Positions 29,813-38,718 of a stretch of 64,000 nt of DNA are shown piece after piece. How positions within the stretch are numbered: the stretch's first letter is position 1; every line of letters begins with the position of its first letter. This DNA comes from a virus. A program made the translations under genes and the position numbers. The stretch is from positions 5,693 to 69,692 of IMG/VR virus record IMGVR_UViG_3300006108_000015; one strand, 5' to 3'. Below the pieces are notes generated by a model. That model saw only the letters and a program-made list of their open reading frames with translations. It was not told the DNA's origin and did no database searches.

Positions 29813-30808
29813 TTATTTCTTTCTCTTTTTTTTATCTACTGTAACATGTTCTTCCATATACACACCGGGTGCCAAATGTGTAGTCTGTTTAACAATATCT
29901 TCTTCAGGTTCTTGAACAATAGTATTTGCAACAGGTTCAGTATCGAACATTTCAATAGTTTTGTCAACCTCAAGTTCTCCAGATTCTTTTAATTTTTCAA
30001 GAATGACTTCTTCATCTGGTGATAGTTTAGGTAGTTCATCATTATGAATTTCTTCTACTTGTTGTTGTGCCTGTTGTATTTGATCTTCTGATAATGGACC
30101 ATCATCTCGTTCGTAATTAACTTGAGTTTGTTGAGATAGTTTTTCATCTTCTTTTTGCTTTAGTGAAATGTTAGCGGCAATTAACAATAAAACTGCAAGA
30201 GGATCAAATACTGCCATGATCAACATAATAACTAAACGAACAGCCTTATCAATAGAATCGCTTGATGTGCCATAAACCAACTCAGCAACATACTTAATTG
30301 GTCCAACTTCAACTGAAAGTGAATTAGATTCTTTGATTAGAGGTAATCTATCTTTAGCAATCTTTCTTAATTCTCTTTGTACATCTTGAATTTGATTGTC
30401 TAGTTTATTACTTGCTGTAGATGGATCTTTAGCACGAGCAAGAAGATAATTTAATTTATCATTTGCTAGTTTTTCTTGTTGATTAAGAGCAGTTAAGTCT
30501 GCTTGATTTGCACCTAGATCAATAGTTGAATTGATATGTGATTTGGCCAAGAAACCAAATATACCCATACTAGTAATGAACATTAAGGTTACAACAGCAG
30601 CCGAAAGATAACTCTTAAGTAAAACTGGAGCAGTTCTCCAATTACGATACAACCAAGATGCTGTGACTAGTTTACTCATCTCTAGTACAGAACCCATGAA
30701 AACGACTGGCCAAAATGCACCAGTGAAGATTGAAGCAAGTCCAATAACTGAGTAATATGCCGCTATTCCTGACAATAATATTGCCGATAGAAATGTTAGG
30801 TATATCAT
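29813..30808 (-). CDS. multi-pass membrane protein with coiled coil and acidic tail
   Basis: Three N-terminal hydrophobic helices; VFDPLAVLLLIAAN. Confidence 0.65.
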   Translation of the reverse strand: MIYLTFLSAILLSGIAAYYSVIGLASIFTGAFWPVVFMGSVLEMSKLVTASWLYRNWRTAPVLLKSYLSAAVVTLMFITSMGIFGFLAKSHINSTIDLGANQADLTALNQQEKLANDKLNYLLARAKDPSTASNKLDNQIQDVQRELRKIAKDRLPLIKESNSLSVEVGPIKYVAELVYGTSSDSIDKAVRLVIMLIMAVFDPLAVLLLIAANISLKQKEDEKLSQQTQVNYERDDGPLSEDQIQQAQQQVEEIHNDELPKLSPDEEVILEKLKESGELEVDKTIEMFDTEPVANTIVQEPEEDIVKQTTHLAPGVYMEEHVTVDKKKRKK

Positions 30809-33345
30809 GAGAAGAAGTCCTCGAGTGTGTTTTGTTTTTCGGTTTTCCAACCAATACAGTCTAATATGATTTTCAATGGTTCGACAAATGCTTTCTCAAA
30901 TTGAATATTATAATCTATATATTGGTCCATGTCAAATTCTTTTGGTAATCTAGAAGGGTATGAAATTACGGTATTCTTAAGAGGATTTGGCATTTTCAAA
31001 TACGCAAACTTGATCTTCTCACCTTCTTGTATAAGTGGATACTTTTTTGTAAGATTCTTTTCTTTTAGAAAATGATTATATAATATTGCACCCTTAACGT
31101 GAATCGGCGTTGAAGGTTTGTATAAAGTAAGTGCATCTGAATATTTATTCAATCCATTAAGTCCACGAGGAAAAGAAATATCTTCTGGTGGTAGACTATT
31201 AAATTTTATCTTAAAGTCCGCAATGAACTGTTGAATATCTATCTCAGTTCCTTCCATCATAATCTTGATTGATTCTGCCATTTTGTGCCGAATAACTTGT
31301 GGAGTGGATGACTTAATCATCTCTAGACCCATGACTTTTAAGTCTGGTTCTTTATATCTCACACCTTCATTATCAAAAACATTCAGAATGTATCGTTTCT
31401 TTGCAGTCCAAATACCTTTGTTTGCCAATGCTTCACGCTTCATTTGCATTTTTTGGTCGTATGCGTGAACGTAATCAGCAAGTTCCTGAAAACTCTTATC
31501 AATATATGGTTGAATCTTATCCTCACAAATCTTATCCATGAGGGTGATAACCTTTTCAGTTGTCTGTTCTTTTTCAAACATCCTATTAATAAGAGGACCA
31601 AGATGGAGATAAATTGAATCTGTGTCTGAGGCGATAACATAATCATGTTCCGTTTTCAAAAGTTTATTTAAATAATCATTTAACTTCGCTTCAATCCAAC
31701 GAATAGATAATTTACCTGCCATCGTAACAGCCAGTGCCATACGCAAATCATAAAATCTAAAGTATTGAGAACCTAATGCACCATAAGCAGAATTCAGTGA
31801 AACTTTCTTTGCTAACTGAATGTTGTTATATTTTGCAATATTCTTTGAAATCTCATACTTTTTATTATCATCCGATTCGTTTTCGTATTCTTGCTTTGCT
31901 TTCAACATCAACTTCTTAAACTTCTTTCGATCTTCATACATCTCTTCTAACATCTTTGGTAGAAAACCTTGAACGTCAGTTCTGAAAAATTGACCATTAG
32001 GTGTTAATGTAACATTAGTGAGTCTGAAAGTGTCTACATGTTTCATTAACAGTTCATCAACAGAAACACCAGAAGAAAGAATTTCACGCATTTCATTCGT
32101 ATAGTTTTGTGGGTCAATCAAAGTTTCCGGTGAGATATTATATTGCATCATCAAATGAGGATATAGACTGTTCAAGTCAAATGATGCAACCCAATCATAC
32201 ATTCCAGGTACAGGCTCTTTAACATATGCACCTTCAAATGCAGAATCTTTTTCTTGAATCTCTCGTGGTGGAACAATGATGTTTTTATTCAGAAGATATG
32301 AATATGTCATTGCATCCCACATTCTAGTTTGTGCAAAGACATCTTCAAAGTTAGACTTGGTATCATAAGCAAGAGTAATTGCTAATTCTACAAGTTTTAA
32401 CTTATCCTCGAGTTTAAGAATGAGTTCAACGTCTTTAATATTATATTCAATAAACTTCTGAAAGTTTAAACGATACAAAGAATGAAGATTATCATATTCA
32501 TCATATGATAATTTGCTCTCACCGAGTTCAACATTAGCAATACTATCTAACTTGTAAGATTCTTGTGATTTACCGCCAGGTGCATACCATTTGTATAGTT
32601 CGATATAATCTAAAGAAGATACACCCATCAAATCATATGATGTGAGTTTTCGACCATTATTTGCGTTGACTACTCTTTCACCAATATAATTCCAAGGAGA
32701 TAGTTTCTTGGCCTCATCTTCGCCAACTATTTTTCTAAATCGATTGACGAGATAAGGAATATCAAAGAACTTTGTATTCCAACCGGTGATAATATCTGGA
32801 CATTTTGCTTCCCACAGAGCAAGGAATTTCTTACATAAAGAATATTCATCTTTACACTTTACATAAATCTCATCTTCTTTTGCTTTGTAGTCTCCACAAC
32901 CAAAAACATAAGGTTTGATATCACCAAAATACTTAATAGTGATTGCTGTGATGGGTTCGTTAGCAAGATATGGATCTGGAAATCCATTCTCTGATCCGAC
33001 CTCAATATCGATTACACCAACAAGAACTTTCTCAACATCATAGTCAACCATTTCTCGATGTTGATCTGCAATGAAGGCATACTCGAATCGAGTTTGACCA
33101 TATATCTTTGGTGCATTATCTATATCTTTGAATTTTTTGACATATTCTCGTGCATCATTAATAGAGTCAAAAGTTTTCTCATCAAGATATTCACCAAGCA
33201 ATGATGTGATGTTGGTTACTTTTTTGGAAGGAATATAGAGTGAAGGAGAATAATCAATTCTCAATTTCACTCTTTTACCATTGTTGACTCCTCGATAAAG
33301 AATCTTATTACCGAAGGATTGTACATTCGTATAGAATTTTGACAT
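30805..33345 (-). CDS. 43: family B DNA polymerase
   Basis: DIEV exo I, SFDLNSLYP, KVSLNSAYG, SDTDS. Confidence 0.97.
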   Translation of the reverse strand: MSKFYTNVQSFGNKILYRGVNNGKRVKLRIDYSPSLYIPSKKVTNITSLLGEYLDEKTFDSINDAREYVKKFKDIDNAPKIYGQTRFEYAFIADQHREMVDYDVEKVLVGVIDIEVGSENGFPDPYLANEPITAITIKYFGDIKPYVFGCGDYKAKEDEIYVKCKDEYSLCKKFLALWEAKCPDIITGWNTKFFDIPYLVNRFRKIVGEDEAKKLSPWNYIGERVVNANNGRKLTSYDLMGVSSLDYIELYKWYAPGGKSQESYKLDSIANVELGESKLSYDEYDNLHSLYRLNFQKFIEYNIKDVELILKLEDKLKLVELAITLAYDTKSNFEDVFAQTRMWDAMTYSYLLNKNIIVPPREIQEKDSAFEGAYVKEPVPGMYDWVASFDLNSLYPHLMMQYNISPETLIDPQNYTNEMREILSSGVSVDELLMKHVDTFRLTNVTLTPNGQFFRTDVQGFLPKMLEEMYEDRKKFKKLMLKAKQEYENESDDNKKYEISKNIAKYNNIQLAKKVSLNSAYGALGSQYFRFYDLRMALAVTMAGKLSIRWIEAKLNDYLNKLLKTEHDYVIASDTDSIYLHLGPLINRMFEKEQTTEKVITLMDKICEDKIQPYIDKSFQELADYVHAYDQKMQMKREALANKGIWTAKKRYILNVFDNEGVRYKEPDLKVMGLEMIKSSTPQVIRHKMAESIKIMMEGTEIDIQQFIADFKIKFNSLPPEDISFPRGLNGLNKYSDALTLYKPSTPIHVKGAILYNHFLKEKNLTKKYPLIQEGEKIKFAYLKMPNPLKNTVISYPSRLPKEFDMDQYIDYNIQFEKAFVEPLKIILDCIGWKTEKQNTLEDFFS

Positions 33346-33651
33346 TTAACCCGTGATGAGTTGTTTTGAAGGAAGAACAATACCTGATCCAAAGATTTGA
33401 TTATAATTATTGATGAAATCTTCAGCAGGAACATAAGAGTATACTACAGAACTCTTAGGAATATCAATCACTGAATCTTTCTTTTGTTCTGCATGAAGGG
33501 GGAAGGGAGTTAGTCCAACATTAGGTTGTCCATTTTGTCCTCGAACAACTGCAATACCTACTGGATTTTTAATTGAATATGATGTTGAATCGTTCATCAA
33601 CTCACCTAAAACATCTTCACCACTAGTTAATTTAAAAACTTGAATATTCAT
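33346..33651 (-). CDS. Sm-like-fold hypothetical protein
   Basis: MNIQVFKLTSGEDV; start corrected to exclude the tRNA. Confidence 0.65.
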   Translation of the reverse strand: MNIQVFKLTSGEDVLGELMNDSTSYSIKNPVGIAVVRGQNGQPNVGLTPFPLHAEQKKDSVIDIPKSSVVYSYVPAEDFINNYNQIFGSGIVLPSKQLITG

Positions 33652-33673
33652 AATAACCTCATAATATAAAAAA

Positions 33674-33747
33674 TGGAGCGGAATACCAGAATCGAACTGG
33701 TGACCGAACCTTGGCAAGGTCCCGTTATACCATTTAACTAATTCCGC
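33674..33747 (-). tRNA. tRNA-Gly(GCC)
   Basis: Cloverleaf, loop TT-GCC-AA, encoded CCA. Confidence 0.9.
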
Positions 33748-33794
33748 AATTGAACTATTATAATATCATATTATATATGATTTGTCAATATATT

Positions 33795-34274
33795 TTATGC
33801 TGCTCTTGATAGAATCTCTTTCATCCTATCTGCACAATAACTTGCAGCAAATGCTTTAGGTTTGACCATAGGATATACATTACAAGTTCCTCGAATATAT
33901 CCTATTGCTTGTTGAACTACACATGAACTTCCGTGCATCTCATTTGGATTAATATCTAAATGCACTTCAACATGATAGTCTTCAACAATATCTGCTATAT
34001 TTTGAAATAGTTCAGATACTTTATAGACTTCATTCATCAATCGCATTGCAGGTTTATCTTTGCGTTGATCGAAATCTCTTTCTCGTGTTGTTTCACCAAA
34101 TACTTTACAACCATTGCAGGCGTTAATATGAACTACGATAGCAACAGTATAATCAGCATACCATTCGTCATCTATAATTAATCTTTCAGAATCGGCTCCT
34201 AGATAGATTTTGGTATCAGGTCCTTGTTTAGAAATAAAATCTCTAACTTCTTCAAAATTAATTCTTTTGTTCAT
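33795..34274 (-). CDS. RNase H-like YkuK-family protein
   Basis: IYLGADS, RLMNEV, VHLDIN, AASYCAD. Confidence 0.8.
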   Translation of the reverse strand: MNKRINFEEVRDFISKQGPDTKIYLGADSERLIIDDEWYADYTVAIVVHINACNGCKVFGETTRERDFDQRKDKPAMRLMNEVYKVSELFQNIADIVEDYHVEVHLDINPNEMHGSSCVVQQAIGYIRGTCNVYPMVKPKAFAASYCADRMKEILSRAA

Positions 34275-34298
34275 ACTAACACCTTTTTTAAAACAATA

Positions 34299-34370
34299 TT
34301 ACTTAGTTGCGATATACATTGTGACTTCAAATCCAAAACGCAAATCGGTTGCTTGAGGTGTTGTCCACAT
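34299..34370 (-). CDS. pqqA: pyrroloquinoline quinone precursor peptide PqqA (23 aa)
   Basis: Not in ORF track. MWTTPQATDLRFGFEVTMYIATK with W-x-x-P and GFEVTMY (E-x3-Y); AAGGAGA RBS 7 nt upstream. Confidence 0.92.
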   Translation of the reverse strand: MWTTPQATDLRFGFEVTMYIATK

Positions 34371-34493
34371 AGTCATTCTCCTTGTTGATAAAGTATGTAA
34401 TCAAAATGATCACATATAAGTATCTTATAAGAAAATCGAAGAAATTACAACGTAAACACACTTAAACACTAGTCACGATTTTCATGAGTTGGG

Positions 34494-34566
34494 CTACGAA
34501 GGAGGGACTTGAACCCCCAACCTACGGTTTTGGAGACCGTTGCTCTGCCAATTGAGCTACTCCGTA
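34494..34566 (-). tRNA. tRNA-Trp(CCA)
   Basis: Cloverleaf, loop CT-CCA-AA, G73; followed by CCC rather than CCA. Confidence 0.85.
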
Positions 34567-34583
34567 ATTATTACTAATATTTA

Positions 34584-34853
34584 TCAATCTCTTGGAGGAT
34601 ATAGACCTTGAATCGCAATAATTTCTCTAGGTTGACCTTCATGCCATGGTACTTTATGTCCAGTAGCATCGGTTGGACGCAAATCAGGTAAAGCAAATGT
34701 TGTTTTACCATCACCACCATACACATTACCTAACAAAGAATATAATGCTACATTTTGTTGAATTTGAAGTAGTCTACCATCACAGTCAGCAAATCCGATT
34801 GGAGTAAACATGCCTGCAAATTTAATAATCGTTGCCAAATAGATATCCATCAT
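34584..34853 (-). CDS. stand-alone phage tail-collar-domain protein
   Basis: GFADCDGRLLQI.QN.ALYSLLG..YGGDG.TTFALPDLR. Confidence 0.8.
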   Translation of the reverse strand: MMDIYLATIIKFAGMFTPIGFADCDGRLLQIQQNVALYSLLGNVYGGDGKTTFALPDLRPTDATGHKVPWHEGQPREIIAIQGLYPPRD

Positions 34854-34865
34854 AATCTCCCTATA

Positions 34866-35357
34866 TTAATGTTGATGTGTTTCAAAAGTTTTATCAAATT
34901 GATTCTGTGCATCCTCAAAACCAGGTTCTACAATTACCCACACTCTAGTTCCTTTAGGTACAACAAATGAATCTAGCATGATAGTGTTAGTGTCTGCGGT
35001 ATTAACACCTGTCATTCTACGATTTGGTGGCATCCAATAGCAATTTCCTGCTGGAGCAACAAGAGGTTCAGCACCTTCCATATATAGTGTCATTTCACCC
35101 GATACTACACAAGTTTGACCACCGTAAGGATGCATGTGAATTGGACTGCGTGTACCTTTTTGTCTTACTGTACGACTGGTGATAAGTTCCATACCGTTAA
35201 GACCTTCTGTAGCATCTAGAACTCTAGTCTCGAACATACTCTTACTAGGTGTCATTGGAGGAACTTGACCATTAATTTTGTTACCCATAATGTCTACTGC
35301 TGGATTGGCGTGAGCAAAAGTAGATAATAATACTAATGATAATAATACTTTTTTCAT
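34866..35357 (-). CDS. secreted cupin-domain protein
   Basis: MKKVLLSLVLLSTFAHA signal peptide; PIHMHP..G..CVVSGE. Confidence 0.75.
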   Translation of the reverse strand: MKKVLLSLVLLSTFAHANPAVDIMGNKINGQVPPMTPSKSMFETRVLDATEGLNGMELITSRTVRQKGTRSPIHMHPYGGQTCVVSGEMTLYMEGAEPLVAPAGNCYWMPPNRRMTGVNTADTNTIMLDSFVVPKGTRVWVIVEPGFEDAQNQFDKTFETHQH

Positions 35358-35386
35358 AATTAAACTCCTATTCTTAAACAATATTT

Positions 35387-35462
35387 TGGTGGGTTGTGAC
35401 GGGTTCGAACCGCCGACCATCGCCGTGTAAAGGCGGTGCTCTACCAACTGAGCTAACAACCC
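35387..35462 (-). tRNA. tRNA-Val(TAC)
   Basis: Cloverleaf, CCA end. Confidence 0.92.
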
Positions 35463-35468
35463 AAATTT

Positions 35469-35556
35469 TGGCGGAGACTGTGAGATTCGAACTCACGATA
35501 CCTTTCGGTATGACGGTTTAGTAGACCGTTGGTTTCAGCCGCTCACCCAAGTCTCC
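35469..35556 (-). tRNA. tRNA-Ser(ACT)
   Basis: Long variable arm, G73-CCA, stem ACGGT/ACCGT, loop CT-ACT-AA. Confidence 0.85.
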
Positions 35557-35557
35557 G

Positions 35558-35965
35558 TTAAGTTTCACAATGCATTGATACTACAGTAAGACCTACACCA
35601 TTAGCAACAACACCTTCACGAAGTAGATATTCTTTTTGTACACCATATGCTTGTCTTTCTAATGCTAAACTATTTTCACAAGACTTATCATTAAACATTC
35701 CATTTTTAAATTGAAGATAATGAACCATCTCATGTAGTATGATACTATCTGCAACTTCATTTGTCAAGTCTAATGAATCTAATATGTATATATTTTCACC
35801 GCCAGTTTCTGGAAACCATCCGGCAACTTTACAATTCATACTACCATAACATACATGGTCTACAAAGAATTGTTTGGGCATTAAAACGAGATTGGGAACA
35901 TTTTCGGAATGTAGATTACTCAAAATTACAGCATAACTAAAAAGTATTGCTACTAGAGTATCCAC
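35558..35965 (-). CDS. putative exported HExxH protein
   Basis: Hydrophobic N-terminus; ILHEMVHYLQ; E.QAY. Confidence 0.6.
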   Translation of the reverse strand: MDTLVAILFSYAVILSNLHSENVPNLVLMPKQFFVDHVCYGSMNCKVAGWFPETGGENIYILDSLDLTNEVADSIILHEMVHYLQFKNGMFNDKSCENSLALERQAYGVQKEYLLREGVVANGVGLTVVSMHCET

Positions 35966-35990
35966 AGTTTTTATCCTTTTTAGTGTGGAG

Positions 35991-36064
35991 TGGAGCGGAA
36001 TATCAGAATCGAACTGATGTCGAAAGATTGGAAATCTCTAGTTTTACCATTAAACTAATTCCGC
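35991..36064 (-). tRNA. tRNA-Gly(TCC)
   Basis: Cloverleaf, CCA end. Confidence 0.9.
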
Positions 36065-36068
36065 AATT

Positions 36069-36147
36069 TGGCTCCGGACAAGAGAATCGAACTCTTCTAA
36101 CCAGTGATTAACAGTCACGCCCATGCACCTTGCTCGGGTTTTCCGGA
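36069..36147 (-). tRNA. tRNA-Asn(GTT), atypical D arm
   Basis: Loop CT-GTT-AA, G73-CCA. Confidence 0.75.
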
Positions 36148-36154
36148 ATTGAAA

Positions 36155-36739
36155 CTAATAACTTTTACCTTCTTGATAACGAACTTTTCTGTAATGCCTT
36201 CCGTTACCTTTATTTGCACCTTTATATGTTGGTGTTTGTGAATGACAATTTGGACAGATTAGTGATAAGTTTTCTAAATGATTGTTTTCAGAATTACCAT
36301 CAATATGTTCCAATTCCATAACTATGGATTTATTATTCCATTCAGTTATATCACATGTCCAACATTTATTACCATAATTTTTTAACAGATATCTTTTTAA
36401 TGTTCTGTGAGAGGCTTTACCATTTTTAACAGATTGATGTAGATTAAAATCTTTTTGACACTGTATCGAACAATATTTCCTTAGTTTACCAAATATTTGT
36501 TTTGAACAACTTAAACATTTTATTGTTAATTTTTCTTTCAATAAATTATTGAATGTTGTAGCACATGATCTCGAACAAAATTTATTATTTCTTTTTTCAT
36601 AACTATGTTGATTATTACAATGTTTACATATTTTAGGTAACAGATAATATTGTTCCTTATCTCTTAAACTTTTTAATCTAAGATTCTCTTTAAACTTTAA
36701 AGCACCTAATTTACCTGCTTCACTTTTGGTCATAGACAC
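36155..36739 (-). CDS. HNH endonuclease with Zn-finger repeats
   Basis: ELEHIDGN..NN...NL..ICPNCH; several CxxC. Confidence 0.88.
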   Translation of the reverse strand: MSMTKSEAGKLGALKFKENLRLKSLRDKEQYYLLPKICKHCNNQHSYEKRNNKFCSRSCATTFNNLLKEKLTIKCLSCSKQIFGKLRKYCSIQCQKDFNLHQSVKNGKASHRTLKRYLLKNYGNKCWTCDITEWNNKSIVMELEHIDGNSENNHLENLSLICPNCHSQTPTYKGANKGNGRHYRKVRYQEGKSY

Positions 36740-36769
36740 AATCGAACTCCTAAATATTTTATATATTAG

Positions 36770-36777
36770 TATTTATA
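36770..36777 (-). promoter_or_regulatory. T4-type late promoter for HNH gene
   Basis: TATAAATA. Confidence 0.65.
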
Positions 36778-36804
36778 ATAATTCGATTTTATAATACAGC
36801 AAGA

Positions 36805-36889
36805 TGGTGCCCCCTGAGTGAATCGAACACTCTCTATCTTTCGAAGCCGGATTACAAATCCGGTGCCATCCCATTCGGCGCAAAGGGGC
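36805..36889 (-). tRNA. tRNA-Tyr(GTA)
   Basis: Loop TT-GTA-AT, long variable arm, ACCA end. Confidence 0.82.
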
Positions 36890-36913
36890 GTAAAACTTTT
36901 ACAACATTAAAAC

Positions 36914-36989
36914 TGGTGGAGGATAACGGGATCGAACCGATGACCTATAGCTTGCAAAGCTACCGCTCTCCCATCTGAGCTAATCCCCC
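36914..36989 (-). tRNA. tRNA-Ala(TGC)
   Basis: Cloverleaf, G3:U70, ACCA end. Confidence 0.92.
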
Positions 36990-37038
36990 ACAATAAAAAC
37001 AATATTAACACACTTGTATATATATGTCAACAAATTTT

Positions 37039-37123
37039 TGGTGCTCAGGGTCGGACTCGAACCGACACGCTGTTAAGCAATGGCTTCTAAGACCATCGTG
37101 GCTACCAGTTACACCACCTGAGC
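37039..37123 (-). tRNA. tRNA-Leu(TAG)
   Basis: Loop CT-TAG-AA, long variable arm, ACCA end. Confidence 0.88.
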
Positions 37124-37130
37124 ATTACAC

Positions 37131-37208
37131 TGGTCTCCGATGAGAGATTTGAACTCCCGTTATTCTTCATCCCAAATGAAGTGCCATACCAGGCTAGGCG
37201 AATCGGAG
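37131..37208 (-). tRNA. tRNA-Pro(TGG)
   Basis: Loop TT-TGG-GA, ACCA end. Confidence 0.88.
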
Positions 37209-37216
37209 ATAAAACT

Positions 37217-37306
37217 TGGCGGAAGTGGTAGGATTCGAACCCACGATAGGTTTCCCTATGCTTGATTTCAAGTCAAGTGCATTCAGCCAGACTCTGCCAC
37301 ACTTCC
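37217..37306 (-). tRNA. tRNA-Ser(TGA)
   Basis: Loop CT-TGA-AA, long variable arm, GCCA end. Confidence 0.9.
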
Positions 37307-37312
37307 TAAAAC

Positions 37313-37711
37313 TTATGTACCTCTATAATATTTGGATCTAGGTCTACCTTTCTTTATGTTTGCGCCTTTCCAAGTTGCCGTTAAAGCATGACAATTTGGA
37401 CATAATAATTTTAAATTATCTTCTTTATTATTTGTAAAATCGCCATCAATATGTTCTAACTCTAATGGAATCTTATTTGTGAATTGATTAACTTTAGACC
37501 AACCACATTCACAACAAGAATTATTAAACTTTTCAAACAAATATTTTCTAATATGATGTGATGTTGAAGTTTTTCCACGCATACCATCATGATTATTTAA
37601 TTTCCACTCAGTAATAAATTGTTTATATCTATAATCATTTTGACATTTTGAATTACAATATTTCCTATCATCGGATTCAAAATGTTTATCACAACTTAAA
37701 CAATTACTCAT
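37313..37711 (-). CDS. HNH endonuclease
   Basis: PLELEHIDGD..NN...NL.LLCPNCH. Confidence 0.88.
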   Translation of the reverse strand: MSNCLSCDKHFESDDRKYCNSKCQNDYRYKQFITEWKLNNHDGMRGKTSTSHHIRKYLFEKFNNSCCECGWSKVNQFTNKIPLELEHIDGDFTNNKEDNLKLLCPNCHALTATWKGANIKKGRPRSKYYRGT

Positions 37712-37738
37712 TTGTGTAAATCTCCTATGTTATACATA

Positions 37739-37746
37739 TATTTATA
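37739..37746 (-). promoter_or_regulatory. T4-type late promoter for HNH gene
   Basis: TATAAATA. Confidence 0.65.
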
Positions 37747-37779
37747 ACGGCAGTGTTTTACACAGATGCTTTTTAAACT

Positions 37780-38301
37780 TTACTTCTTATAACTTTTCTT
37801 CCAAAGTATAGGTTTCTTTTCCATTTTATACTTATCTGGATTACTTATCCCTTTGAAAACTTTCCACAACTTCTCTTCTAAAATAAATTTCTTGAGTAAT
37901 CCATATTCTACACCATGTGCTTCAATTTCCCATGGTCTAAAATAATAATATATTTTTTCTGGATCAACTTGAGTGCCTTTCCAGTTTGTTAAAAACGCAT
38001 TAAGTTCACCTAATGCATATTGTTTTATATGCACCATTTCATGTGCAAGGGTTTCAAATATTCTATCAGCACCTATTGTACCGTCAACTTTAATAATAAA
38101 CTTTTTAGGTTTACTAATTCTTTTAAAGTCATCAATAATGGCTTCACCCATGTCTTCCATTTTATCAAAGAACATAAGAGTGATCGATAACGACTTCATT
38201 AATTCTTTATCATCAAATAATAAATCACCAAAAAACTTTACAGCACGAATAGTAAATGGTTCAAAATCTTTATCAGGACAATTAATAACAGATATTTTCA
38301 T
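37780..38301 (-). CDS. HExxH metallopeptidase-like protein
   Basis: TLAHEMVHIKQY...PWEIEA. Confidence 0.7.
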   Translation of the reverse strand: MKISVINCPDKDFEPFTIRAVKFFGDLLFDDKELMKSLSITLMFFDKMEDMGEAIIDDFKRISKPKKFIIKVDGTIGADRIFETLAHEMVHIKQYALGELNAFLTNWKGTQVDPEKIYYYFRPWEIEAHGVEYGLLKKFILEEKLWKVFKGISNPDKYKMEKKPILWKKSYKK

Positions 38302-38708
38302 TCTATATATTCAACTTTTACATTACACTTAGTGAGAAAATCTAAACCATCATCTGTTCTATATTTCTGTTTATAATACACTTTACTAATACCTGATGTA
38401 TATATCATCTTCGCACAATGAATACACGGAGCATGGGTACAAAACATTACAGCATCTTGACCCGATTCTGAAGATTTGGCCAACTTTGCTATTGCATTTG
38501 CTTCAGCATGAATTACTTCATCTTTGGTTACTGTTCCATTTTCACACTCACATTCATTGGTCCATCCAGAAGGCATACCATTATAACCGATAGAAATGAT
38601 TCTATCATCTTTTACAATAATAGCGCCAACTTGAAGGCGTTTTGCAGTAGATAACTGAGAGAATCTGACTGCACAATCCATAAATGCTTCTATAAATTTA
38701 GTTTTCAT
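38298..38708 (-). CDS. cd: dCMP deaminase
   Basis: GYNG, HAEANAI, PCIHC. Confidence 0.92.
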   Translation of the reverse strand: MKTKFIEAFMDCAVRFSQLSTAKRLQVGAIIVKDDRIISIGYNGMPSGWTNECECENGTVTKDEVIHAEANAIAKLAKSSESGQDAVMFCTHAPCIHCAKMIYTSGISKVYYKQKYRTDDGLDFLTKCNVKVEYIE

Positions 38709-38718
38709 AATATATATT

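Noticed and set aside
33652-33717. 5' extension of ORF 33346-33717
   Set aside because: Runs through tRNA-Gly; the start with an RBS is at 33651
34371-34376. Upstream ATG giving a 25-aa PqqA (MTMW...)
   Set aside because: Too close to the AGGAGA RBS; the ATG at 34370 has normal spacing
35358-35459. 5' extension of ORF 34866-35459
   Set aside because: Runs through tRNA-Val; the signal-peptide start is at 35357
35513-35529. Amber suppressor reading (CTA) of the Ser tRNA loop and possible stop-codon recoding
   Set aside because: The 5-bp stem centres ACT in a 7-nt loop. Core genes are full length in the standard code and TAG ends genes at 51206 and 62723
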